Assembly (NCBI GenBank): GCA_035942035.1
Contig: DASZDK010000063.1
Coordinates: forward strand, 3,823-67,822
Source: Acidimicrobiales bacterium
GTDB lineage: Bacteria; Actinomycetota; Acidimicrobiia; Acidimicrobiales; CADCSY01
DNA: 64,000 nucleotides
Direction of reading: 5' to 3'
The translations under genes were made by a program, and so were the position numbers. The notes beneath the pieces were generated by a model. The model did no database searches and had not been told where the DNA came from. It was given only the letters and a program-made list of their open reading frames with translations. Below are positions 56,754 to 64,000 of the stretch, in pieces (position 1 is the first letter of the stretch; each line of letters opens with the position of its first letter).

Positions 56754-57461
56754 TCAGGCGCGCAGGCTCTCGATCAGCGCCTCGGCGGCGGCGACCCGGT
56801 CGGGTGCGGCGGTGACGGCCCGGCCGACCACGAGCAGGTCGGCGCCGGCGGCCAGTGCCGCGGCGGGCGTGTCGGTGCGGGCCTGATCGTGGGCATCGGT
56901 GCCGGGGGGCCGGGTGCCGGGTACCACCAGGAGCAGCCGGGGGGCGAGCTCGCGCACGTCGGCCACGTCGGGGGCGCCACAGACGAGCCCCCCGCATCCG
57001 GCGTCGAGCGCCACCTGCACCCGCTTGGGGACGATGTGGGACGGGGCGGAGTCGTCGCTGGTGAGCACGGTCACGGCCAGGGCCACGGGAAGCTCCAACC
57101 CCGCCCGCGACGCCCCCCGGTGGAGCCCCTCGACGCCGGCCCGCAGCATGGGGCCGCCGCCGGAGGCGTGCAGCGTCAGGTAGCGAACCCCGTAGGCGCC
57201 GACCACGGCGGCGGCCCGGCCCACCGTGGTGGGGATGTCGTGCATCTTGAGGTCGAGGAACACGTCGTAGCCGAGGTTGGCCAGCGCCGTCACCGCGTCG
57301 GGGCCGGCGGCGGTGTAGAGCTCGAGGCCGACCTTCGCCACCCCGAACCACGGGTGGAGCTCACGGGCCAGGCGCAGTGCCGCCACCATGTCGTCGACGT
57401 CGAGGGCAAGGGCGAGCCGGGAACGGAGCTCGGCCCCCGGAGGGCGCGGAGCGTCAGTCAT
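56754..57461 (-). CDS. pyrF: Orotidine 5-prime-phosphate decarboxylase
   Basis: LALALDV, FLDLKMHDIPTT, GRAV at the C-terminus. Confidence 0.93.
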   Translation of the reverse strand: MTDAPRPPGAELRSRLALALDVDDMVAALRLARELHPWFGVAKVGLELYTAAGPDAVTALANLGYDVFLDLKMHDIPTTVGRAAAVVGAYGVRYLTLHASGGGPMLRAGVEGLHRGASRAGLELPVALAVTVLTSDDSAPSHIVPKRVQVALDAGCGGLVCGAPDVADVRELAPRLLLVVPGTRPPGTDAHDQARTDTPAAALAAGADLLVVGRAVTAAPDRVAAAEALIESLRA

Positions 57462-58488
57462 GGTCGCCGCCCCTGCCCCCCCGGTGGACGGCGCCGACGA
57501 CCTCGGGCAGCGACCGCACGCCCCGTCGCTGCGCCCAGGCGCGCAGGCCCGCCAGCACCGCGGCAGGGGCCCGGGGGTCGGCGAAGGTGGCGGTGCCCAC
57601 CTGCACCGCCACCGCGCCGGCCAGGAGCAGCTCGGCGGCGTCCTCACCGCTCGCCACCCCACCCACACCCACGATGGGGAGGTCCGGCACGGCGGCGGTC
57701 ACGTCGTGCACCGCCCGTATCGCCACTGGGTGGATGGCCGGCCCCGACAGGCCGCCACCGGGACCGCCCAGGCGTCGGCGCCCCGTCGCCGGATCGATGG
57801 CCATGGCCGGGACGGTGTTGATCAACGTGACCGCCTCGGCCCCGCCCACCCGGGCGGCAGCGGCGACTGCGACCAGGTCGCCGGCGCCGACGCTGAGCTT
57901 GGCCCACCGCGGCCGCCCGCAGGCGGCGGTGGCCTCCATGGCCTCGTTGGTGGCTGCCTCCGACGAGGCGAACAGCCGGGCCCGGCCCGGCGCCCCGCCG
58001 GGAGCCGAAGGGTCGATGTTGGGGCAGCTGAGGTTGACCTCGACGGCGACCACCTCGGCTGGGGCATCGGCCAGCAGGGCCGCCGCCTCGGCGTAGTCCT
58101 CGACGCGGTGCCCCCAGATGCTGGCCACCACCCGGGCACCGGAGGCGACCAGCGCCGGCAGATCGCACGCCAGCCATGCCTCGACCCCGGGGCCCTGGAG
58201 GCCCACGCTGTTGAGCATCCCCGCCGACGTCTCGTAGATGCGGGGCCCCGGGTTGCCCGGCCAGGGACGGGCGGACAGCGACTTGACCACCACCGCCCCG
58301 AGGCTCGACAGGTCGAGGTAGCGCCCCAGCTCGGCGCCGTGCCCGGAGGTGCCCGAGGCGGTCATGACCGGGTTGGGCAGGGCCACCGAGCCCACCCGGG
58401 TGGCAAGGTCGGCGGGCGGCGCTCGGCGGTGAGCCCGCACGTCGGCGGTGCGGTCAAGCACCGCCGCCAGGGCCGCCGGCGGCCTCAT
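57454..58488 (-). CDS. pyrD: Dihydroorotate dehydrogenase, class 1 type (Cys catalytic base)
   Basis: [30 protein letters not shown] overlap with the carB stop. Confidence 0.9.
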   Translation of the reverse strand: MRPPAALAAVLDRTADVRAHRRAPPADLATRVGSVALPNPVMTASGTSGHGAELGRYLDLSSLGAVVVKSLSARPWPGNPGPRIYETSAGMLNSVGLQGPGVEAWLACDLPALVASGARVVASIWGHRVEDYAEAAALLADAPAEVVAVEVNLSCPNIDPSAPGGAPGRARLFASSEAATNEAMEATAACGRPRWAKLSVGAGDLVAVAAAARVGGAEAVTLINTVPAMAIDPATGRRRLGGPGGGLSGPAIHPVAIRAVHDVTAAVPDLPIVGVGGVASGEDAAELLLAGAVAVQVGTATFADPRAPAAVLAGLRAWAQRRGVRSLPEVVGAVHRGGRGGDHD

Positions 58489-61400
58489 TCCAGCCACTCC
58501 TGCAGCGACCGCACGGCCAGGCCGTGCTCCGCCCAGTCGGCCATGCCGTTGGCGGCGGCCAGGGCGGCGGCGACGGTCGTGAGGCAGGGCAGGTGGTGCA
58601 CGGCGGCGGCGGCCCGGATGTAGTCGCCATCGGCCCTGGGTCCGCCCCCTCTCGGGGTGTTGACCACCAGGTCGACCATGCCCGAGGCGATGAGGTCCAC
58701 CGCCGTCGATCCATCGCCGCCGTCCCCCAGCTTGCCCACCACCGTGGCCACCACCACGCCTTGGTCGTGCAGGAACGCCGCCGTGCCCGTGGTGGCGGCG
58801 ATGGCGAAGCCCAACTCGGCGAACCGGCGGGCGGCGGCCAGCCCGGCGGGCTTGTCACGGTCGGCCAGCGACAGGAACACCGCCCCCTTCTCGGGAAGCT
58901 GGTCGCCGGCGGCGATCTGGCTCTTGGCGAAGGCCAGGCCGAAGCTGCGGTCGATGCCCATGACCTCGCCCGTGGAGCGCATCTCCGGCCCCAGCACGGT
59001 GTCGACCTCGGGGAAGCGGTTGAACGGCAGCACCGCCTCCTTGACCGCCACGTGGCCCTCGCCGCGGGGAGGGCACAGCAGGCCTTCGTCGCGCAGCTGC
59101 GCCAGCGTGGCGCCCACCATCACCCGCGCCGCAACCTTGGCCAGCGGCACGCCGGTGGCCTTGGACACGAACGGGACCGTCCGGCTGGCCCGGGGGTTGG
59201 CCTCGATCACGAACACCTGGCCCCGCTTGACCGCGTACTGCACGTTGAGCAGGCCCCGGACGTCGAGGTCGTCGGCGATGGCCCGGGTGTAGCCCTCGAT
59301 GACCTCGATCACCGCCGGAGCCAGGGTGGGCGGAGGGATGGCGCAGGCGCTGTCGCCCGAGTGGACCCCCGCCTCCTCCACATGCTCCATCACCGCGCCG
59401 ATGAGCACCTCGCCGGTGGCGTCGCGCACCGCGTCGACGTCGACCTCGACTGCGTCCTCGAGGAAGCGGTCGATCAGCACCGGGCGCTCGGCCGACAGCC
59501 CACCCTCGCGGCCGAGCGAGCCGAAGCCGGCCAGCTCGGCCATGGCCGCCTTCAGGCTGGCGTCGTCGTAGACGATCGACATGGCCCGCCCGCCGAGCAC
59601 GTAGCTCGGCCGGACCAGCACCGGGTACCCCACCCGTTCGACCACGGCGGCGGCCTGCTCGAAGGTGGCGGCCACCCCGCCCGCCGGCTGGGGGATCTCC
59701 AGCCGGGCGCACAGGGCGTTCCAGCGCTCGCGGTCCTCGGCCCGGTCGATGGCGTCGGGTGAGGTGCCCAGCACCAGCTCGACCGGCACGGCGCCGGCCA
59801 GCTTCAGCGGCGTCTGCCCACCGAGGCTGACCACCACCCCGACCAGCTCGCCGGAGCGGGCTTCGGCGTCCAGCACCGCCAGCACGTCCTCGGTGGTCAG
59901 CGGCTCGAAGTAGAGCCGGTCAGAGGTGTCGTAGTCGGTGGACACCGTCTCCGGGTTGCAGTTCACCATGACGGTCTCGTAGCCGGCGTCGCCCAAGGCG
60001 AAGCTGGCGTGGACGCAGCAGTAGTCGAACTCGATCCCTTGGCCGATGCGGTTGGGCCCCGAGCCGAGGATGACCACCTTGGGCCGCCGGCCCGGCTCCA
60101 CCTCGTCCTCGTCCTCCCACGCCGAGTAGTGGTACGGCGTGGTGGCCTCGAACTCGGCTCCGCAGGTGTCGACGGTCTTGTAGGTCGGCGCCACCCCGGC
60201 GGCCAGGCGGGCGGCGCGGACGGTTCCCTCGTCGACACCCCACAGCCACGCCAGTTGGGCGTCGGCGAAGCCCAGCCGCTTGGCCCGCCGCCAACGCCGG
60301 CGGGTCATGGCCTCGAAGCCGACCTCGGCTAGCGCCGTCCGCTCCTCGACGATGCGGAGGATCTGGTCGAGGAACCAGGGATCGACGGCGGTGGCGGCGT
60401 GGACACGCTCGAGGGAGATGCCCCGGCGCAGGGCGGCCTCGAGGTGGAAGGGGCGGTCGGGGGTGGCGATGGACGCACGCTGCACCAGCTCGTCGTCGGA
60501 GAGGTCGTCGACCGCCGTCTCGCCAGGATCGCAGTTGAGGCCCAGCCGGCCGTGCTCGAGCGAGCGCAGGCCCTTCTGCAGCGACTCGGGGAAGGTGCGG
60601 CCGATGGCCATGGCCTCGCCCACCGACTGCATCGAGGTGCCTAGGACGCCGGGGATCCCGGGGAACTTCTCGAAGGTCCAGCGGGGCACCTTGGTGACCA
60701 CGTAGTCGATGGTCGGCTCGAAGCTGGCCGGTGTCTTGCCGGTGATGTCGTTGGCGATCTCGTCGAGGGTGTAGCCCACGGCCAGGCGAGCGGCGATCTT
60801 GGCGATGGGGAACCCGGTGGCCTTGGAGGCCAGCGCCGAGGAGCGGCTCACCCGGGGATTCATCTCGATCACCACCATCTCGCCGTTGGCCGGGTCGAGG
60901 GCGAACTGGACGTTGGAACCGCCGGTCTCCACGCCCACCCGGCGGATGCAGGCGAAGGCGGCGTCGCGCATCTCCTGGTACTCGACGTCGGACAGGGTCT
61001 GGGCCGGCGCCACGGTGATGGAGTCGCCGGTGTGCACACCCATCGGGTCGAGGTTCTCGATGGAGCACACGACCACGCAGTTGTCGGCCCGGTCGCGCAT
61101 GACCTCGAGCTCGTACTCCTTCCACCCCGCCACCGACCGCTCGACGAGGATCTCGGAGATGGGGCTGGCCTCCATGCCCACCGCCGCCACCCGGCGGAAC
61201 TCGTCGAGGGTGGCGGCCATGCCCGCGCCCTTGCCGCCCATGATGTAGGCGGGACGGACGATCACCGGAAGCCCGATCTCCTCGATGACCTCCATGGCCT
61301 CGTCGAGGGTGCGGGCCACGCCCGACGGGGGCACGGCCAGGCCGATCTCCTGCATGGCCTGCTTGAAGCGGTCACGGTCCTCGGCGGTGGCGATGGCCTC

Positions 61401-61760
61401 GGCGTTGGCCCCGATGAGCTCGATGCCGTAGCGATCGAGGGTGCCCCGCTCGACCAGCTGCATGGCCAGGTTGAGGGCCGTCTGCCCGCCGAGGGTGGCC
61501 AGCACCGCCTGCGGGCGCTCCCGTTCGATGATGGCGGTGATGACGTCGACGTCGAGCGGCTCGACGTAGGTGCGGTCGGCGAAGTCCGGGTCGGTCATGA
61601 TCGTCGCCGGGTTGGAGTTGGCGAGGACGACCCGGTAGCCCTCCTGGCGCAGGATGCGGCACGCCTGGGTGCCCGAGTAGTCGAACTCGCTGGCCTGGCC
61701 GATGACGATGGGCCCCGACCCGATCAGCAGGATGGTCTCGATGTCGTCCCTGCGGGGCAT
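58485..61760 (-). CDS. carB: Carbamoyl-phosphate synthase large subunit
   Basis: 1091 aa with duplicated ATP-grasp halves and an MGS-like C-terminus. Confidence 0.97.
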   Translation of the reverse strand: MPRRDDIETILLIGSGPIVIGQASEFDYSGTQACRILRQEGYRVVLANSNPATIMTDPDFADRTYVEPLDVDVITAIIERERPQAVLATLGGQTALNLAMQLVERGTLDRYGIELIGANAEAIATAEDRDRFKQAMQEIGLAVPPSGVARTLDEAMEVIEEIGLPVIVRPAYIMGGKGAGMAATLDEFRRVAAVGMEASPISEILVERSVAGWKEYELEVMRDRADNCVVVCSIENLDPMGVHTGDSITVAPAQTLSDVEYQEMRDAAFACIRRVGVETGGSNVQFALDPANGEMVVIEMNPRVSRSSALASKATGFPIAKIAARLAVGYTLDEIANDITGKTPASFEPTIDYVVTKVPRWTFEKFPGIPGVLGTSMQSVGEAMAIGRTFPESLQKGLRSLEHGRLGLNCDPGETAVDDLSDDELVQRASIATPDRPFHLEAALRRGISLERVHAATAVDPWFLDQILRIVEERTALAEVGFEAMTRRRWRRAKRLGFADAQLAWLWGVDEGTVRAARLAAGVAPTYKTVDTCGAEFEATTPYHYSAWEDEDEVEPGRRPKVVILGSGPNRIGQGIEFDYCCVHASFALGDAGYETVMVNCNPETVSTDYDTSDRLYFEPLTTEDVLAVLDAEARSGELVGVVVSLGGQTPLKLAGAVPVELVLGTSPDAIDRAEDRERWNALCARLEIPQPAGGVAATFEQAAAVVERVGYPVLVRPSYVLGGRAMSIVYDDASLKAAMAELAGFGSLGREGGLSAERPVLIDRFLEDAVEVDVDAVRDATGEVLIGAVMEHVEEAGVHSGDSACAIPPPTLAPAVIEVIEGYTRAIADDLDVRGLLNVQYAVKRGQVFVIEANPRASRTVPFVSKATGVPLAKVAARVMVGATLAQLRDEGLLCPPRGEGHVAVKEAVLPFNRFPEVDTVLGPEMRSTGEVMGIDRSFGLAFAKSQIAAGDQLPEKGAVFLSLADRDKPAGLAAARRFAELGFAIAATTGTAAFLHDQGVVVATVVGKLGDGGDGSTAVDLIASGMVDLVVNTPRGGGPRADGDYIRAAAAVHHLPCLTTVAAALAAANGMADWAEHGLAVRSLQEWLE

Positions 61761-61768
61761 CTAGATTT

Positions 61769-61790
61769 CGCCGGCGATAATCCGCCGGCG
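61769..61790 (-). promoter_or_regulatory. Perfect 8-bp GC hairpin with an A/T loop 8 nt upstream of the carB start
   Basis: mRNA reads CGCCGGCG-GAUUAU-CGCCGGCG, then AAAUCUAG-AUG. Confidence 0.3.
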
Positions 61791-61861
61791 CCCGTTGCAC
61801 GGAGCTGCACCAGCGACGGGTGCTGCTCCGCCTGGCGGTCTCCGCAGCGTGACCAGCTTCA

Positions 61862-62947
61862 TCAGGCTCCTCTCTCCATCAGCGCCTCGAACTCGGCGAA
61901 CAGGTAGCGGGCGTCGTGGGGGCCGGGCCCGGCCTCGGGGTGGTACTGGACACTGAACGCCGGCGCCTCCCGGCACGACAGCCCCTCGACCACGCCGTCG
62001 TTGAGGTTCACGTGGGTCACGTCGGCTCCCGCCACGGTGCCGTCGGCCACCGCGTAGCTGTGGTTCTGGCTGGTGATCTCCACCGCTCCGGTTGCCAGGC
62101 GGCGCACCGGGTGGTTGCCCCCGTGGTGGCCGAAGGGAAGCTTGTAGGTCTGCCCACCCAGGGCGGTGGCCAGGAGCTGGTGGCCGAGGCAGATGCCGAA
62201 CACCGGCACGTGCCCGAGCAGGCCGGCGACGGTCTCACTGGCGCCCCGCACGGCGGCAGGGTCGCCGGGGCCGTTGGACAGAAAGACCCCGTCCGGGGCC
62301 CGGGCCAGGACGTCGTCGGCGGGGGTGGACGCCGGCACCACCTCCACCGTGGCCAGGCGGCCGAGGTGGCGCAACATGGTGGCCTTGACCCCGAAGTCGT
62401 AGGCCACCACCCGCCGGGGCCCGTCGCCGGTCACGTAGGGCTGGGCGCAGGTGACGGCGTGGACCAGGTCGACGCCCTCGGTGCCGGGGTCGGAGCGGGC
62501 AGCGGCCAGCAGCGTCGCCTCGTCGGCGGTGCCGAAGGCCCCGACCAGCGCGCCCCGGTCGCGCAGGTGGCGGGTGAGCCGGCGGGTGTCGACCCCGGCG
62601 ATCCCGGGCACGCCGGCGTCGCGGAGGAAGGCGTCCAGGTCGCCCTCGGCCCGCCAGTTGCTCCGGCGGCGGGCCAGGTCGCGCACCACCACGCCCCGGC
62701 AGGCGGGGCGGCGGGCCTCGTCGTCGAGTCCAGTCACGCCGTAGTTGCCGATGTGGGCAGTGGTGAAGGTGATGATCTGGCCGGCGTAGGAGGGGTCGGT
62801 GATGACCTCCTGGTAGCCGGTGAGCACGGTATTGAACACCACCTCGCCGCTGGCAGCCTCGACCTGGGCGCCCACGGCCTCGCCCTCGAACACCTCGCCG
62901 TCGGCCAACACCAGCAGTGCGTCCTGCACGTCGCCTCCTCCGGTCAT
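61862..62947 (-). CDS. carA: Carbamoyl-phosphate synthase small (glutaminase) subunit
   Basis: GICLGHQLL catalytic Cys region and HHGGNHPV. Confidence 0.96.
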   Translation of the reverse strand: MTGGGDVQDALLVLADGEVFEGEAVGAQVEAASGEVVFNTVLTGYQEVITDPSYAGQIITFTTAHIGNYGVTGLDDEARRPACRGVVVRDLARRRSNWRAEGDLDAFLRDAGVPGIAGVDTRRLTRHLRDRGALVGAFGTADEATLLAAARSDPGTEGVDLVHAVTCAQPYVTGDGPRRVVAYDFGVKATMLRHLGRLATVEVVPASTPADDVLARAPDGVFLSNGPGDPAAVRGASETVAGLLGHVPVFGICLGHQLLATALGGQTYKLPFGHHGGNHPVRRLATGAVEITSQNHSYAVADGTVAGADVTHVNLNDGVVEGLSCREAPAFSVQYHPEAGPGPHDARYLFAEFEALMERGA

Positions 62948-62954
62948 CGGTCCA

Positions 62955-64000
62955 CTATCGCTGCGCCTGGGCGTCGATCACGACGGGCTCTCCTCGCAGC
63001 ACGGTGTGGCGAGCACGGCCGGTCAGGGTGCGCCCCCCATAGGGTGTGTTGCGGCTTCGACTGGCCAGCCGCTGCGGGTCGACCACCCACGTGTCGCTGG
63101 GGTCGACCACGCACAGGTTGGCGGGTGCGCCGGCACGGACGGGGCCACCGTGGCTGCCGGCCAGGCCGGCGATGGCGGCCGGCCGCCACGACAGCAGTGC
63201 CAACACCTCGCCGACGGGCAGGCCCAGCTCCCCCAGCGCCAGCGGCAACGCCGTCTCCAGGCCCAGCATCCCCGGCGGTGCCTGGTCGAACGGGGCCTCC
63301 TTGGCCTCGGGCGGGTGGGGGGCGTGGTCGGTGGCGATGGCGTCGATGGTGCCATCGGCCAGGCCCGAGCGCACCGCCGCCACATCAGCGTCGCTGCGCA
63401 ACGGGGGGTTCACCTTGAACACCGGGTCGTACGACGCCACCGCCGCTTCCGTCAGGCAGAAGTGGTGGGGAGCAGCCTCGGCGCTCACTCGGACGCCATC
63501 GGCCTTGGCCGCTCGGACCAGGGCCACCGAGCCGGTGGTGGAGAGGTGCAGGAAGTGCACCGGCGCCCCCGTCAGGCGGGACAGGGCGATGTCGCGGGCG
63601 ACCATCAGCTCCTCGGCCTCCGACGGCACGCCGGGAACGCCGAGGCGGCTCGACCACTCCCCCTCGTGCATGTGGCCGCCGGCCGCCAGGCCGGCGTCCT
63701 CGCAGTGCTGGGCCAGCGTGACCCCGAGGGACGACGCGTACTCCAGCGCCCGGCGCATCAGCCGGCTGTCCTGCACGCCGGCCCCGTCGTCGGTGAACAA
63801 CCGGACCCCGAGCGCCGCCATCTCGGCCAGCGGCGCCAGCGCCGTGCCCGCCCGGCCCCGGGTGATGGCGCCGGCCGGGCGCACCTCGCAGCACGCGCCG
63901 GTGCCCAGCTCGAGGACCTCGCGCACGACGCCGGCCGAGTCGATGGGCGGCTCGGTGTTGGGCATGGCCACCACCGCGGTGTAGCCACCCAGGGCGGCGG
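62955..64000 (-). CDS. pyrC: Dihydroorotase (5-prime partial; continues past the window end)
   Basis: The frame stays open upstream of the listed Met (..[18 protein letters not shown]). HCED, DHAPH motifs. Confidence 0.93.
   Translation of the reverse strand, partial: AALGGYTAVVAMPNTEPPIDSAGVVREVLELGTGACCEVRPAGAITRGRAGTALAPLAEMAALGVRLFTDDGAGVQDSRLMRRALEYASSLGVTLAQHCEDAGLAAGGHMHEGEWSSRLGVPGVPSEAEELMVARDIALSRLTGAPVHFLHLSTTGSVALVRAAKADGVRVSAEAAPHHFCLTEAAVASYDPVFKVNPPLRSDADVAAVRSGLADGTIDAIATDHAPHPPEAKEAPFDQAPPGMLGLETALPLALGELGLPVGEVLALLSWRPAAIAGLAGSHGGPVRAGAPANLCVVDPSDTWVVDPQRLASRSRNTPYGGRTLTGRARHTVLRGEPVVIDAQAQR

Noticed and set aside
1-64000. CRISPR arrays, tRNA/rRNA genes, tmRNA, RNase P and SRP RNA
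   Set aside because: I saw no spaced direct-repeat arrays, no T-loop/acceptor signatures (GGTTCGAATCC-like), and no conserved cores of these RNAs while reading both strands. This is a by-eye search and is not exhaustive.

Overview
This is a high-GC chromosomal segment, very G+C-rich by eye except for two A/T-richer patches (nothing was computed). It looks actinobacterial on two grounds. It carries lineage markers: mihF, a DUF4193 acidic zinc-ribbon protein, and a PriA that lacks a Walker A motif. It also has the typical conserved gene order on the minus strand: pyrC-carA-carB-pyrD-pyrF-mihF-gmk-rpoZ-coaBC-metK-priA, then def-fmt-rsmB-mog-ribD-ribE-ribBA-ribH-hisG, then infC-rpmI-rplT-trmH-(histidine kinase)-pheS-pheT, with gluABCD on the plus strand. 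I can support about 60 protein genes. I saw no rRNA, tRNA or CRISPR array. All family calls come from motifs I recognise in the translations; no BLAST or HMM search was possible. Long antisense 'shadow' ORFs are everywhere, as expected at this GC level, and I ignored them.

Three zones are not ordinary housekeeping:
1. 3.2-10.3 kb is a mirror-arranged cluster. Two paralogous Asp-box/BNR beta-propeller proteins, each anchored by a TM helix at both ends, flank three CooC/MinD-type P-loop ATPases. No metalloenzyme client is in view.
2. 10.3-11.2 kb is a poorly coding, A/T-richer gap.
3. 40.9-51.2 kb is an accessory block between def-fmt and priA. It holds a heme-peroxidase/MFS/siderophore-interacting-reductase operon, prfC, two methyltransferases, azlCD, and a 2.6-kb IS5-like transposon. 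The transposon is bounded by CTAG duplications and inverted repeats, and carries a nonsense-disrupted transposase plus an unknown passenger gene.

The most interesting signal is in the third CooC-like gene. It is interrupted by a single in-frame TGA that aligns exactly with the first Cys of the CXC metal motif in its neighbouring paralog. A perfect 8-bp hairpin follows 13 nt downstream. This is either a candidate selenocysteine codon with a SECIS-like element or a very recent pseudogene.

A second recurring oddity concerns start codons. Four housekeeping genes (gluC, fmt, an RsmC-like methyltransferase, priA) have conserved N-termini that lie upstream of any in-frame ATG/GTG/TTG. This implies CTG/ATC initiation. 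infC shows the classical non-canonical (ATA) start.
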